Assembly (NCBI GenBank): GCA_951804945.1
Contig: OX638155.1
Coordinates: forward strand, 39,432,001 to 39,496,000
DNA: 64,000 nt
From: Podarcis cretensis
Lineage: Eukaryota
Direction of reading: 5' to 3'
The notes beneath the pieces were generated by a model. That model searched no databases. It was not told the origin of the DNA and worked only from the letters and a program-made list of their open reading frames with translations. Positions 23,538 through 37,769 of the stretch are shown here, piece after piece (within the stretch, counting starts at the first letter, position 1; each line of letters opens with the position of its first letter). The position numbers and the translations under genes are program-made.

Positions 23538-25227
23538 GAACACAATTATCTTAGGTCTATTGATTTCAGTGGGTTAGTTGGGTACAACCCCTTGGTCATG
23601 AAAGACTGGTGGTTGTGCATAAACTGATCAAGGGACTGAGGTCACACATACAGGGGCTTGGCTGATTCCTGTTTCTTATACTTCTGAAGCAATGAGGCAT
23701 CTGAATATGTGGCTTCAGGCCATTTTGTTTTGCAGTGTTGGAATACCAAACTTAGCTAATGAAGCTAAGATTGCCTGTTGCTTCTTCCTTGGTAGCTGCA
23801 TGTTCTCTTCAAAGCAAATGCCATTCATAACTGATTCATATTATGTGGAGACTGGTAGGTGTTTGAGAGCAAGATTGTAGAAATGTTAAAAGCCTCTTGG
23901 AAAGGAATGACATGCATGAGGGTTTGATGTGGAAAGAACCTAGATTATATACCTCATGAAAACATACCCAACTTTTAAAAATGTACATCATTACTACAGT
24001 TCCTTCTAACTGTGTGTATTAAAGAGAAAAAAGCACAGTCCTGACCCATCAAGTTTAGTGGACAAACTTCCACTGATTTTGGTGCAGTGAGGCTGGCACA
24101 CAGCTTGCTTTTTTATTAAAATAAGATTATATACACTGGATACATCATATGTGGAGGGTGGCATTGTTTGCTTAAGCTTTGATGCCAAAGCCAAACTCTC
24201 TGTAAACAGAGAGGTGCTTCCATTTCTGAAATGTCTGCTGCTTGTTGAATTACAAAAGTGCAATTATGCAAAACGGTGCTTCAGATTCATCCAGGCAATG
24301 TCTTTTTCTCCCTCTCCTTTACTTTAAGTTCAGAAGTAATATTGCTTGATGCTCCAAATCTACTGAACAGATTATTAAGCTAGCTCTAGGCATTGATGGC
24401 TCGAAAACTAATTTTACTGAGGCATCTGATATTTCACGTTCATTTTAAAAGGAGCAATAGAACAAATAAACACCATGCCAGATGTTCAGTGTCAAAGCAA
24501 CTGAGTTCTTTTCAGCTGAGCCTAGCACTTCTTGCAGGGCATCATGGGAGTTGACATCTCTTGCAGGGCAGCAGATGAAATCAGGTGTTGAGCACAGAGG
24601 GAGCACAATTTACTATAAACAGTTTTATCAGTCTCAGCAAAAAGTTTGTTTCATGAAGAAGAAAAAAATCTTCCTCCTTGCAAACAAAGATGTTAATAAC
24701 TATACAAGATAAATGCTTGCCCTTCTCTAGACATTAAGCCATTTTTTTGTGCAGGCTTTGCAGAATTTGTAAACTGAATTATAGAACAATTTGCTGTGTC
24801 TTTGATGTAATAACTTTAAAGATGCACTCAAAGGGTGCACAGATCTGCAGGGGAGACACAAACATGAACCAGTTTTAATTGGCAAACAGTAGAAGTGGTA
24901 TTCCAAGAAATACTGCTTTAGGTCTATCGGTCGTTTTCTTGGATTCATATCTCCATGGGCTATTGCCTAGAAGAGCTGACATAATCCCAAAGAATATAAT
25001 TGGAAGAACCTCTGCTAGACAGGCTGGAAGGAAGACCATGCTGGTAATCCAGGCATCCCAACAAAAGACAGTCTTGTCAGTTAATCCTAGCCATGTTTAC
25101 CCTGACATTAGTTTTATTCTTTTCAGTGGGATTTCCTGCCATACTGATATCATAAGGATTATAACCACTTTGCATTTCTGTAGCCATGGCAATCTTTTCT
25201 CATCCAGTTATGTTAAAAACCACCAAA

Positions 25228-25505
25228 CAAATGCTTTTTTCCCAAGAAGCAGGTGTCTTTTAATTTCGTGACTGCTGTCACCATCTGCAGTGATCATGGA
25301 ACCCAAGAAAGTAAAATCTCTCACTGCCTCCATTTCTTCCCCTTCTATTTGCCATGAGGTGATGAGACCAGTGGCCATGATCTTTGTTTTTTTGGTGTTG
25401 AGATTCAGACCATATTTTGTGCTCTCCTCTTTCACCCTCATTAAAAGGTTCTTTAATTCCTCCTCACTTTCTGCCATCAAGGTTGTGTCATCAGCATATC
25501 TGAGA
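25228..25505 (-). mobile_element. BovB (RTE clade) RT fragment
   Basis: Translates as LRYADDTTLMAESEEELKNLLMRVKEESTKYGLNLNTKKTKIMATG...DFTFLGSMITADGDSSHEIKRHLLLGKKA, the characteristic BovB RT region. No 3' tail. Confidence 0.92.
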
Positions 25506-26216
25506 CTTAAAAATATTGAGCATATTGCATCATACTATAGTAATTCATTTGAACCAGTGCAACTAATCTAGCAAAATGCTACTTAAGCTTGCTATTAAGA
25601 AACATGCTCCTCATTAGAGAACAAAGTTTGTTCAGTTTCCAAGGGAATTAAGAATTCAGCCTACTGTGTGACTCCCCTAGCATACACATTGGTTTTAATA
25701 AAGATCACTTTGAAAGAGCCTGTCAATGACTTGCCTGAGCCATAGTTTTCTCTATCCTTCAGATAACTCTGGTAACCTTGGAGCCACAGTGACTTCTGAT
25801 CTTTATTTAGAAGCTCATATCAGCCATTTAATTGAGGTGTCCTGCTACCGCCCCTGGAATCGAGCAGCTTGAGTCTTGTGTTCTATAGGCTATTTACTAA
25901 GGCATTAGTCCATGCTGTTTTGAAGGCATTTTTCCCCATTTCAAAAAACTATACCCAACTGCCTGTGGTTTCTCTGGCAAGGCCTGTTGCAGCATAGGAT
26001 TTCACAGGTTGATGTTTTTCATTCTTATTTTGCAGTTCCCTTTTGTAATTAGGCTTGTTAAAATGGCTTTTCACTCTAGTTAATATTTCTTCTAGAACAG
26101 TTAACTGGCACTTTACATCTACATTGCATGTGCTAAAATATTGTCAAATGCATAGGTAGCCATGACATATGTTTAAGTTTGTGGAATCCCTAGGCATTTT
26201 AAAACTGAAACCTTTA

Positions 26217-26221
<5 letters not shown>

Positions 26222-26258
<37 letters not shown>
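26222..26258. repeat. (AG)n microsatellite
   Basis: Read directly from the sequence. Confidence 0.95.
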
Positions 26259-26262
<4 letters not shown>

Positions 26263-26403
26263 AGAGCCTACACACTATGAAGTAATTTGAACTGGACCTA
26301 AACAATGTCTCAATTTACATTTTGTCAGTTTGAAGGGGGATTGATTTGTGTGTATGTGTGTGTGTGTACTTTCACGCAATGAAAGTACCCATTGTAAACC
26401 GAG

Positions 26404-26492
26404 CATAGCTGTCAACTTTCCCCCTTTTTAAGGGAAATTCCCTTATTCCAAATAGGATTCCTCACAAGAAAAGGGGAATGTTGACAGCTATG
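26404..26492. mobile_element. Tiny (89-bp) MITE, probably hAT
   Basis: Perfect 13-bp TIRs CATAGCTGTCAAC / GTTGACAGCTATG with degenerate 8-bp flanks AAACCGAG / AACCTGAG. Confidence 0.75.
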
Positions 26493-26924
26493 AACCTGAG
26501 TGTTAGAGTAAATGTGAGGTGGAAGTCAAGATCATCACTAATATCTAATCACTATTTACTATTCAGAATGAACACTGAAAAATGTGAACAGACAGCATTT
26601 GCTAACACAAATGTGAAGAAGACTCAAGAGATAATGAAATGGTGAAATGGTTCTATCTATTAAATAAAACAATAGAAGATCTGCAAACTAATTAACCAAA
26701 TTATGAAAGTATGGGCAGGTGGGTTTTTAATTCAAATCTAGAAGGGAAGCATCCCTCCAATCTCCTGGACATGTTAATAGCCACATTCCATCTTCCTCCT
26801 TGCTAAGCGAGCCTTGGGTACGTGAGCCCAACGTGTGAGCTCAAGCCCCACCATCCAGTGTTCACTCAGGTGCACATGTCAGGTCCAAAGGGCAACCCCA
26901 AGGACACCCTACCTACCTACTCGT

Positions 26925-27123
26925 AGGTGCTGCTGTGGGAAATGTCCAAAGTCCATTTCAGGGGCCTAATCTGGTCTGCTGGTTGGTTTAATCCAGCCCC
27001 TGTGGCAGTTTATTTCCTGGGGTAAAATCCCCAAAAAAGCTCAACAACTTTGGTTGGCCATCATGCATTGCATGTGCACTTCATCAAATCTGGCCCTCTT
27101 TGAAAAAAGTTTGGGCACCGCTA
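26925..27123. mobile_element. Degenerate hAT/Charlie-like MITE
   Basis: Right end CTGGCCCTCTTTGAAAAAAGTTTGGGCACCGCT is typical of Charlie-type non-autonomous elements. The left end is decayed. Confidence 0.5.
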
Positions 27124-29319
27124 CCTTAACCCAATAATAGCTTAGGATGCCTGTTAATGAAGTTCTTGAATTTCCTTTCTGCCTGTACTAAATACCAAAG
27201 ACCAAATAATTAACACACATCAAATGGCCAACCAGGGGAACCCAACAGTGTGGAATAGCAAAAAAGAGGTGTCCCAATGTCCAATCAGGGGCTCCTCAAA
27301 CAATTATTATTCAGCCCTCCAAAAGGCAAGTAGCAAAAATTCATACTGTAAAGGCAGGGAGTGAGGGGAGGACATTGCAAAGGAGGTGTTGGGGATGGAG
27401 ATAACCCACATAGCCAGTGAGATGCCCCTTCCAGTGGGGATCTGAAGCCCTTGTGCTCCCCAGATCTCCTCCCCTTTGGAAAAACCATGCTGAGCCTTCT
27501 CCATAAAGGGGGGATAGCAAACACACCACTGCTGGACAGAAGAAACAGCATTCTATGAAACAGATCCAGAACATTTGATATGCTTTCTAAGACAGCGAAT
27601 CTAAAGAAAATAATAAATAAAGCTTTCTTTGTTACATTTTTTCAATATCTTTTCCCCTCTTTTCGCCTTCTTAGGTTACCTTCCCAGTCATTGAGATTTT
27701 GGCTGTAAATTCATTGCCATACGAAATAAGGAATTCCTACATAACAATGTTATTCAATCCCAAGATATGAAATAAGTTTCCTCTAAGAAGAGTCAAAGTT
27801 ATTTAGGCAAACTACGGAATATGAATTATTCCCCTGGTACTCCTGGTTATTTTCTTTTCATAATAGTCAATTGAGTTCTGCCTCTAATTCATTTGTTTCT
27901 AAAATGATGTAGAAAACTAATTAGAATTATAATTAGATAAGTTATTATTTCAATACTGTTTTAAGATCCTTTGACCAATGGTAGCATGAAGTGGTCTAAA
28001 GATAGAGAAAAGGATTACTAAATTAAACAGAGAGAAGGGAGATCTAAGGCTAAGTATCATGCTGACAGATACTTTAGCATCTCGACTAGTATCAGAAGCT
28101 AGTTCATCCCAAAAGTTGCAGCTTTGTCATGATAGATTAAGCAGAAACAGGGTTTTCGGTATCAAAAATATTTTGGACAGAAATAAGTCTTTTGTGCTGT
28201 GCTGTCAGCTCTTTTTTAGAATACAAGAATAAAGGAGTCTTGGATCGGGTCAAAAAGAGAGAGAAAAGGTGAAACTTTTCCATATTGAAAAGCTCACATG
28301 TTGTTTTTCTGAATTTAGCTTGACCTTGCAACTCTAGCAGTTAGGAGGGGGAGAAATCTCATTTCAGTCTGTAAACAGAATGAATTTAAACTGGATGCAC
28401 TTCACTAAAGATACCATGGCACATCAAGGTGTGTATTTGTGACTCACTTCTCTGCTCAGAAGAGCCACTCAATTTGAGATGTCTCTCACGCACAAATGCT
28501 CACAGAACACCCTTACACGTACACAAGCGCACTGTATTCCCCAATAAGCTGTTGCTCATTTCTGCATATCTTTATTTTCTTTGGGGCTGAAAAAAATGAG
28601 TGTTATTGAAAATAATGTTTCCCCACTGTACAACTTGTGAGTCACATCAATAGAAAATGGCCAAAACCTCTCATGTTGGTGACATTTAAAGGAGTGATTT
28701 GCTCTTAGCATTCCCCATGGGCTACCTTGCTATAATTTCATGACCCTCCATCAAAAGACCTTATCACTTTGTCTCTACCATTGAGAATAGCATTCTCTCA
28801 CATAAAACGTAGCTGAACAAAGCTAGCAAGGGGCCTGAAGGCATGATAAATGTAGAGCATTCTTAAATATTTAAAGTTCAAAGCCACATTTTCATTCTTG
28901 GCTTCGAGCATACTCCTTTACGGTTGCCAGTTTTGCATTTTCTTCATATAGTATAACACTAGCCCTATGCATCAGAACCAACTGAAACAAAAGCATAAAA
29001 CACACATACAAACATGGAACTCTATATTAGCTAATTGATCATCACATCAAATGATTATTATTGAAATAAGTTTCACAGCACAGAACTGAAACAAAATTTG
29101 GCAGAGCTTCGAGAACTATTCAGCTGCCTCCATCGGGAGCCTACCTTAGAAGAAGCAAGACTTCTCTCTGAAATTAAAGATAGTCCTCAAAAGCTGAGGA
29201 CCGAAGCAGGTAATCACATACCACATGGAAGTGCTGAGATAAGGAGCAGAAATCTCCTTCTCCTTAGACAAATGTATAGTAATTGAAATTTTGAAGCAAT
29301 TAATATAGCAGAAGTAGCC

Positions 29320-29435
29320 AACAGTGCCTTCCAATTGTTGGACTCCCATCAGCCCAGGTCAACACAGTCAGTGGTCAGGGATAATGGAAGTTGTAGTCCA
29401 GCTGCATTTGGAGGGTACCACATTGGCCATGGATG
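29320..29435. mobile_element. Common squamate palindromic MITE (ACTCCCATCAGCCC...GGGAGTTGTAGTCC family)
   Basis: Related copies at ~10990-11050, ~39835-39965, ~41010-41110 and ~43865-43990. Confidence 0.6.
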
Positions 29436-29443
29436 CTGTACAG

Positions 29444-29651
29444 CAGAACTTTCCAAACTTTTCATATTGGTGACACACTTTTTAGACACGCATCATTTCG
29501 CGAAACACTGTAATGTAGTTTTATTAGCAAACCGGAGGTTAAACTAACTCCTTTCCAGCCTTGAGAGGAGCACAGGGAGAATTTGTGTGACACACCGGCA
29601 CACTGCAACTGGCACACTAACGTGTCACCACACACAGTTTGGAAAGCTCTA
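29444..29651. mobile_element. hAT MITE
   Basis: TIRs CAGAACTTTCCAAACT / AGTTTGGAAAGCTCTA and a perfect 8-bp TSD CTGTACAG at 29436-29443 and 29652-29659. Confidence 0.88.
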
Positions 29652-30049
29652 CTGTACAGTATGTGATGTTGGGATACAATGGATTCTTCTCAAATGCAAA
29701 CTAGGACTGATTTTATCCTTTTCAGGTTAACACCAAATAGGACCGTGGTGAACTGACTAGGGGGTTCAAACCCAGTCCCACAAACCTTTCCTCAGTTTGG
29801 AGATATCTGCCAGTTTTATCTGTATCTTTCCTCTTTCTAAATAGCTGGCAACACAGATATATGCATGTGCAGCACCTCTCTTCATTAGAAGTAAGCTATG
29901 CCATCCAAACTATTGATTTGCCAAGGTGTATGTATTCATTCATTCATTCATTTATTCATTTGGTAGTTTTTGAACCAGGCAAGTACAATGCTGTACTATG
30001 ACATGTCAATTTTGAAAGAACAAGCTTCTTTCCACCATGCTTATGTAAG

Positions 30050-30880
30050 GTTGTTGTTTTTTCACTTTACTTCCCTTGTTTCTTCTTTGGATCCCAGTCC
30101 TAAGACATCATTGTTGGGATCTCTTTATCCATCATTGACCTGAACAACATAGTCCACAAATCAATCCACTTGACACATTTATTTGGTTGGTGGTGTGCTT
30201 TCTTCTGAGCATCTTTGCAACATCATATGTAGGAAATCTCTGGAACCTGCATGCGTTTTCCACAGAACATCCCATAGAACTACTGTAAGATGGATGAAGC
30301 TGTGATTCATGTATCCAGCAGACAGCATCCCTATTTCAGAAACCATTTTTATTCTTAGTATAGATATATTTTCGTCATTACCAGCACATCTATTCCAGAT
30401 ATATATATCTAATGTAGACAGAGAGATAAATGCACTCTTGGCTTTTAACAAGCTGTGTCTAAAACAGACATTCCACTCTTTAGTTTTGTTCTTTTCTTGT
30501 TGTATTTCTTCATCTATAGCTTATTTTTAGCTTATTTTTTCCCTTTACATACCCCCTCACTCTTCAAGCTTCCCTGTCTCAAAAAGAGTTGCATTTCCTT
30601 GAACCTATCCACTAAAACCTTTCACCTGTGCATCTATTAAATTTCTTGTTAACCTTTGCTATCTTTCTAGTATTGTAACCTGCTGAGCTGTGCACCTTTT
30701 TCAGCTTCCCCTGAAAACTATTTTCTCTTCTTTCTTCCTTTGAGCTTCCTGACCTCAAATTTTTATCTTCCTTTCTCTTCTCCTTTAATAGCTTGTGTAG
30801 ACCTTTCTCCTCACTTTCACACCTATCTCTCCCATCTTTTCCAAGAATGAATTCAGAAATCTTTGGCTGGATAGAACTGC
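30050..30880 (-). mobile_element. Ancient, highly decayed L1-like ORF2 3' fragment
   Basis: A-rich minus strand. Translated LDIYIWNR...GSRDFLHMMLQRC parallels LDYDRWAK...EGDFHHMWWAC in the C-terminus of the young L1 ORF2 in this window. Confidence 0.45.
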
Positions 30881-30950
30881 TGTCTGATCCGCTCAGCTGC
30901 TTCCCACACAAGAACAGAAGAAGATACCTATTGCAGATTAATTTGATATA

Positions 30951-30994
30951 CAGCAATCCCTACTGCCCTTGGCAGCAATCCCTACTGCCCTTGG
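30951..30994. repeat. 22-bp perfect tandem duplication
   Basis: CAGCAATCCCTACTGCCCTTGG x2. Confidence 0.9.
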
Positions 30995-31547
30995 CAGTAA
31001 CTGATGGGGGTGACCATGACATGGTGTTTGTTTGTTTCAACCACTGTTTTGTACAAATGGAGAATGTGACAGCATTGCTGGGCTCTCCCGGGCCATCTCA
31101 GGCCCTCAGCAGCTAAATCAGCTGCCACTAGGGATTTCAGGGAATTCCAATGGAAATGGAAGCAGAAATTGCTACTGTTCATCCCAGGTCCAGAATGGAA
31201 ATCAATCTAGCATGCAAGCTGTATTTCATACTCACCATAATCTTTTTGTTGTTGTTTTGTGAGCCATCCACTGATATGCAATTAATTACCTTTTTAACAT
31301 TATTTTCATGTTTCTTTTACATCCAACTAATTTATGTGGAACTATACATCATTAAATACATTAAATTCTTGATCTATATGACTACACTGGCATATCTTCC
31401 CCCATCCTGGTTCAGCCAGGACCCAACTGGCAGAGCTGTGCCCAATGCATTTTAAACTGCTGGATCCAAAGTCAGTTAGGCTGGATCCAAAGTCAATTCA
31501 GCTTGGTCACATGACCTAGCAACTCAGCATAAGTTATGCTGCCAAAA

Positions 31548-31914
31548 GTTAAAGGACCCCTGTACAGTTAAGTTCTGTTGAATTCAGGTATAGGGTGCGG
31601 CGTTCATCTCCATTTTCAGGTCGAAGGAGCCAGTGTTTGTCTGCAGACAGCTTTCCCGTGTCATGTGGCCAGCATAACTGAATTGTTTCTGGCACAATGG
31701 GACACCGTGACGGAAGCCAGAGTGCATAGGAACACCATTTACCTTCCCGCTGCAGCGGTACCTATTTATCTACTCACGTTGGTATGCTTTCAAACTGATA
31801 GGTTGGCAGGAGCTTGGGCAGAGCAATGGGAGCTCACCCAGTCGCATGGATTTGAACTGCCAACCTTATGATCGGCAAGCCCAAGAGGCTTGACGGTTTA
31901 GACCATAGTGCCAA
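31548..31914 (-). mobile_element. Sauria SINE (older subfamily)
   Basis: Reverse-complement core GGTACCTATTTATCTACT and similarity to 10480-10856. 10-bp TSD GCTGCCAAAA at 31538-31547 and 31915-31924. Confidence 0.88.
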
Positions 31915-33679
31915 GCTGCCAAAAAAGGTAGTGTGACTCAAAACACAATTTTAAAGGCTTGTTTTTCCTCTGCCATGCTTAGACCAATTTAGCGGCCAGT
32001 ATCACTGCTGCTGAGCAGAGTTTGGATTTCATGTAACTTTACTTACACTGCCTTGCTCTGTGTCAGCTTGTTGTGTATAGGACTGTTCTCTAAATGTCTT
32101 AATTTGGTAGTAAGATTTAAAGTAGTGTTCTTTGGGCCAGCAAACATCATCATCAGCAACAACAACAAAAACAATAGGTTATTCTCCCGGTAAAAACTCC
32201 TCCATGAACAAATAGCATGCTAGCATCATCCAACAGGCACTTTTCCGTAATACACTATTGAGCCTTGCCTTCATATTCACTTTTGTCATGTTAAAGTCAG
32301 CTTGAGATTACATTGAAAATTCCATGTGGTGAATGTTTCTTATGAATGCAGCTGTGCCGTAACAGCTGATGTTTACTATGCCAGAGAACAGGCATCAACA
32401 CTCCCTAATACGGTAAATACCAGCTGTCACTATGGAGGGTATGTTCATAAGAAATAATCACCAGGAAATATTGATACTAAAATCACGTGCAAATGATTCC
32501 AGCATGTCAAAGGTAAATAGAGAATTGGAGACTTGGCCACTGAATTTGTCTCATGACTTAAATCAGAACAGGGGAAAGAGATTATGGGCATGTATACTTA
32601 CAAGTTATACTTGAATGCACCAAGCTGCCCAAACCTTTTGACATCTAAACTTGTCTTTTAGCTGTCTAAAATGACATAAATTAATTTGCCTGTCAGGAGG
32701 CTGTTCAAACTTCTAACGGATCAAACAAGGGACCAACAAATTAATATACATGAACAAAGGGAAATTAAAGAAGAGAGACTGCTTTTTGTACCTGTAGTTA
32801 TCACATCCAGAGCTGAACTTACAAACGCCACTCTAAGATATGGAAAAGAGATGGGGCTTTGGGAATTCATTCAGCATAAAACTATTTATATTTTTATAGG
32901 ATGGGAAAGGGTTCTTGCAGGTTTATTTCCACATCACAGAATACAAGAAAGGTCATGAAAAAATGAATAAGCATACTGCATTAGAAGTACAAAACATTGT
33001 ACTTTTTATGAGTCTCCTAATTATCAAACATATTAAAAGAGTTTTAGTACCACGAGAGAAGGAGAAAAACTCCACTCCATCCATTTTCTGCATGCCACAC
33101 ATTATTTCATACAGCTCTATCAGGTTTTCCCCCCCTTACTCAACATTTTCCTAAAGTAAAAAGCCCCATATCATGTAGCTTTTACTCACAGCACTATATT
33201 TAAATAAAAACAACAACACCATACTTCTGGAATGCATATAAGGACTGAATGGATTCATTTGAAAGTACTAATACTGAAAAATACAATATTCACATTGAGT
33301 AGTAATCTAATTTAGCTTTGCATATCCTCAGAAAGAGGCATTATATGGTAAGGCAAATGACGTCTTTTCAACTTGCAAAAACCATTTTCAAAAAAACCCT
33401 TTTCCCATTTTAAACAAAGCAATTTCCTCGGTGCTTCCATTTCTAGGACGCAGTTTATAATTGTTTTGTGCTCATCTTATTTATTTATCTAGCTCATTGC
33501 CGTTTCTCCAAATTCCTCCTTAATCACATTTAAAGCCTATTTTGTTAAAACAAATCCTTGCTTTATCAAGACCCTTACAAATAACACAAAATTGCTCCAA
33601 GTTATATAGCAGAGCTTGCAGTTTTCTTCACAGATGAAAGCCATAATTCATATTTCACCCTGGCTAGCCACACATAATT

Positions 33680-33800
33680 AGCTGTATCCAATGTTAGTCC
33701 TACTCAGAATAGATCCACTGAAATTAATGGCTGTGACTGGCTTAATCCCATTAATTTCAATGGTCTTATTCTGAGCAGGATTTAGTTGAATACAATCCAT
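33680..33800. mobile_element. Palindromic MITE-like repeat
   Basis: Self-complementary arms TGTATCCAA...CTCAGAATAGA...TGAAATTAATGG / CCATTAATTTCA...TATTCTGAG...TTGAATACA. Another copy at ~60207-60317. Confidence 0.7.
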
Positions 33801-36800
33801 ATGGAGGAATTAAACATGCTCTTCCAATTGTCCCACCAGCGCAATTTCAGCTATCCTGATGAAATGATCTCCCCATGCATGCTGTTTTAGGGATTCTCCA
33901 GACATGGGTGTCTGGGAGAAAGAGGGAGAAAGTCCCATTGCACTAGCAGGACTCATTGCACTGGTCTCCATTAGTGCACCTACTTAGTTGAAACTGGGCC
34001 CATTATTTCCAGAATGTCTCTTCAGGGCTACTAGCTTCTGTGTGTGTTCACTGGGGAAACCAGGATTTAGAAAATGCCTTCAACCTCCATGTTATTCTCA
34101 AGAACGTTGAACTTGAACTGCTTCCAGGACGCATCCTCTTTTTCATGGGTAGAGTCATCATAGTAATCCATAGTTATAAGCAGAAGTCGGCAAATGTCTC
34201 CTCTTTTTTGCTCTTAAAAATATGGCAGCCCTGGATAAGGTTCTCCTGATATGAGGGGTAGTCTTTAATTTGTTTCTCTTTATTTATCTGCCTAACAAGG
34301 AAGCTGTGTGTCTTGTTTAAGGCTGGAGACAGATCAGGGTAAATGATGGGATTTATTTTCAAAAAGAGGAGAGAGTATGCCCGTCATTTTGTATTTCTTT
34401 GTCACAGCACTCCTGAAGCCTGCAGAGTGAATAGGAGGGCCTAACGCAGTCTGCCTGCTCTGGTATGCTACAGGGTTTCATTCTAGCTTCTAGATTCAGA
34501 ATAGGGATTCACAGACTTATATGAGGACTGTGTGATGGATCTGGCATGAAGGGGATCGTGAGTTGTGTGGGTGGATGGGCAGAGACAGGGATTCATCCCC
34601 TGAACATGTACGTCTACACCATCCTTCAAATCAGTCCTCAAAGCCTAACTATTCTATGGGACCTTTGGGTTATTCCCTTAGGTGCCAGTCCTACATGCAC
34701 GTACCTGAAAGAAAGTCCCAGTGAACTCAGTGAACCTTCTCTTCAGTAGACATATATTTGATCACTCTGTGAATCCTCATGTGTAGCCTTTAGGTTTTTG
34801 GTCACATTCATCACTCCCCATTGCCATTGTCCATTGTCTCTCTGCACTCTGGTCCTTCTTGCAGGCTTCCCATAGGAATCTGGCTGGCCGCTGCGAAAGT
34901 AGGGTGCTTGCCCAGATGAGCCTTTTGTTAGGATATTGATGTTCCATTTCACCTAAACAATGTGTGGAGCTATTGTATGTCACATGCCTGTTTACATTCC
35001 AGCACAGCTTGCTGGGAACTTCCATTTGTGTATAGCTTTTGCCTTATGCTCCTTGCTCTTGGACATGAAAAAGAGAAGACATGTTTTCTTTGTCCTGATC
35101 TATGCTGAATAAACTGCTTGTAAATATGCTTTACATATGCCTCTGTCCGCCTTTCCATCACGAAGAGTTTGGTATCTCTGCTGGCTTGCGTGCTCAGCTT
35201 CTGAAAGGCTTCTGAAGCTCTGAGTCACTGATTGATGCAGAACCGAGGACTGGAGTTCGACCGGCAACTGTCCGGTGGGCTGGAGCCAGCTGGGGGTCTT
35301 CCAGTTGCCCCCATTCCCTTGGACGCATCCCAGCACCTTTCTCCTGATCCAGCAGAGCCTTTTGTGTGTCTTTATGGGTGCAAGGACTTGTTTTCTCTTG
35401 TGTCGCTCTGTAAGGCATTGTATATACATGATGCTAATAACTAATAGCAAAATGAGAACATCTCTTGACTCCATTTCTAGTGACTCTGAGTCTGCTGGCG
35501 GTGCTTCTATTTTAACATCTCCATTCCCTTTTGTTGGAGCCTGTTAGCAGGGCACACATTGCCATTGCTCTCATAGAAAAGTGAAAAATAGCATTGCTGC
35601 AATAAAGCCCTGGCTACAATTGGGACGAGTGGGAGAGATCAGCAAACATGAGACAAAGGGAATCCTGACAGATATTCAAAGCCAGAATGAACTACCTCCT
35701 GTAGATCAGACTACAATTAGCAGGAGCAGAACTAATGAACCACACAAAGCATGCTGGTGATCTCTCTTTCCTACCCTACAACATTTGGATACATAAACAA
35801 ACCGTCCCCATAGCAAGAGTGTAAAAAGAGAGTCCCCTCCGCCAGCCTATTACCATATGGTGTCATACATCCTTGTTTCTCAAGAGAGTAGCAGTGTGGC
35901 AGCAATGTTACATTTCTAAATAATACATCAAAGCAGGGCTTGTCATTTATGGCCATTATTAAGCCTCTGAGTAGACAAGTTGCATCTCTATTTTCTTATT
36001 AATTTAGAATCCCTACAGCCATCATAGGTTGCAAGGTACACAAGGAAGGGGCAGAAGGGGGGAGGTCTACACAAGGGAACGTGTCAGGTGTGAAGAATCC
36101 GTTGGGCACAATCTCCAAAACAAAACAAAGAGGTTCAGTGGGATGTCGAGGTAGATAGGAAAGGAATCATCTTGCCTGTTATTATAATGAGCTATGCCTT
36201 AGCTGTCAGGATAACTAATGCAAACGATGGGGAACATAAGTGCATCGACTGCATTCATGCCATCACTTTATAGAAAGTGAAAAGCATGTCACACAATGTC
36301 AGACAAAAACAAATAAGGGGAATGAACCTATACAAATGCCAGTCACTGAGGGAAAGAAGTATTGTTTTCTTAAAAAATAACTAGGATGGAAGAAAAAGGA
36401 AGGACCTATAATTACAGAGCTTTTTGTGGTTTTGGTTACCTACGTCATTCAAGGACAATGTAATAATATTATTCTGGGTAGGTTAATTATTTAGGAGGAT
36501 ACTGTCTAAATTGTTTAGATTATTCTTCATGCTGTTACAATGATGCTACTGATTTAAAGTGCAATTCTATCCATTCCCAATGCTAATGGTGGGAAGATTA
36601 GGATGGTATGTAGTCTCATCTCCACTGGTGGAGAGAAGTGCTGCAGGAGAGTGATTCTCCAGCCATGGTAGGCAGTAAAGGTCCCTGGAATGGGGTGTTT
36701 GGGGGAGAGGCCAAGACACGGCTGGATTGAAAGTCCTGTGGTTCCTGCAAGTGGACCTAAATCCAAATTGATTTCAGGAGAAACAAAGCTCAACTTACTT

Positions 36801-37769
36801 AGTCTGAGTCCAACCTTCTGTGCCTAAACAGCTTCATGCTGGGCTGAAACCAAGTGGGAAGAGAGAGTGCTAGGAAAACACCACACCAGCTGAATTTCTG
36901 CCTGTTATTGGTCTCAGTTTGGCAAGAAAAGGTGACAACGGTGAGACTACATGTTCCAAAATGGTTTTCTTCAGTATGAATTCTGCAGCAGTATGTGTTG
37001 ACGTGCACACTTCAACTAGCTGGAAGAGTAATTCACCTTTAGAGTTTTGACAAAATAGCCTTCAAATAGCACCACTGACTATTTAAAAAGACATTGCCTT
37101 TGTACATGCAAAGAAATTGTGTGGTTCTGATGTGTAAATATGCAGAGGATCACTTTTGAGAGCTCCTGTATTAACTCCCTTCTTGGAATTCAGGTGCTAA
37201 TGGAACACAAACTCTATATTGTTACAGTCAGCAGTAAATTTGATAATACTGTGCTTTATATTCAGGCTATTTCTAGTGTTCAGTTAATTTATCTTGGCTG
37301 CCAGACAGGTTGACTAATTAACAGATGTTCAGGTAGTAAAATATTCAAATTCCAAGCATTAAATAAAATTGCTTTCAAATATTCAACAAAACCATCAAAA
37401 CCGTCAAGGGAGAAGCAGGGGAACAGCCAAGGTTATATGCAGTTTCGTGAGAGAGAAATTGGGCTGATATTATAGTGCATTTGAATGGATTAGTCTACAG
37501 TCAAGTTACAGTACTTGTAAATATGCCAGAGCATTGTCAGAGAGGGAAACAAGGAACAGTAAAAGTATGAGAATATGATTTAATACTTCTCTATTTTCTT
37601 TATTGGTTCAGAAACAAGTGTTAGAAGCTAAGCAATTGGTTTCCCACAGGGTTCCATTTTGTTCATCATAACTATATGATACCACTAGGAGACGTCATTG
37701 TAAGATTTTGAATGAAGTGATATCAGTATGTTGATTTGCTGGCCCTCATCCAGCCCATTGTCCCCTCCA

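Noticed and set aside
35100-35474. 124-aa ORF with a hydrophobic, signal-peptide-like N-terminus
   Set aside because: No recognisable domain, and part of it overlaps a CR1-type remnant (CCTGATCCAGCAGAGC). Consistent with a chance ORF.
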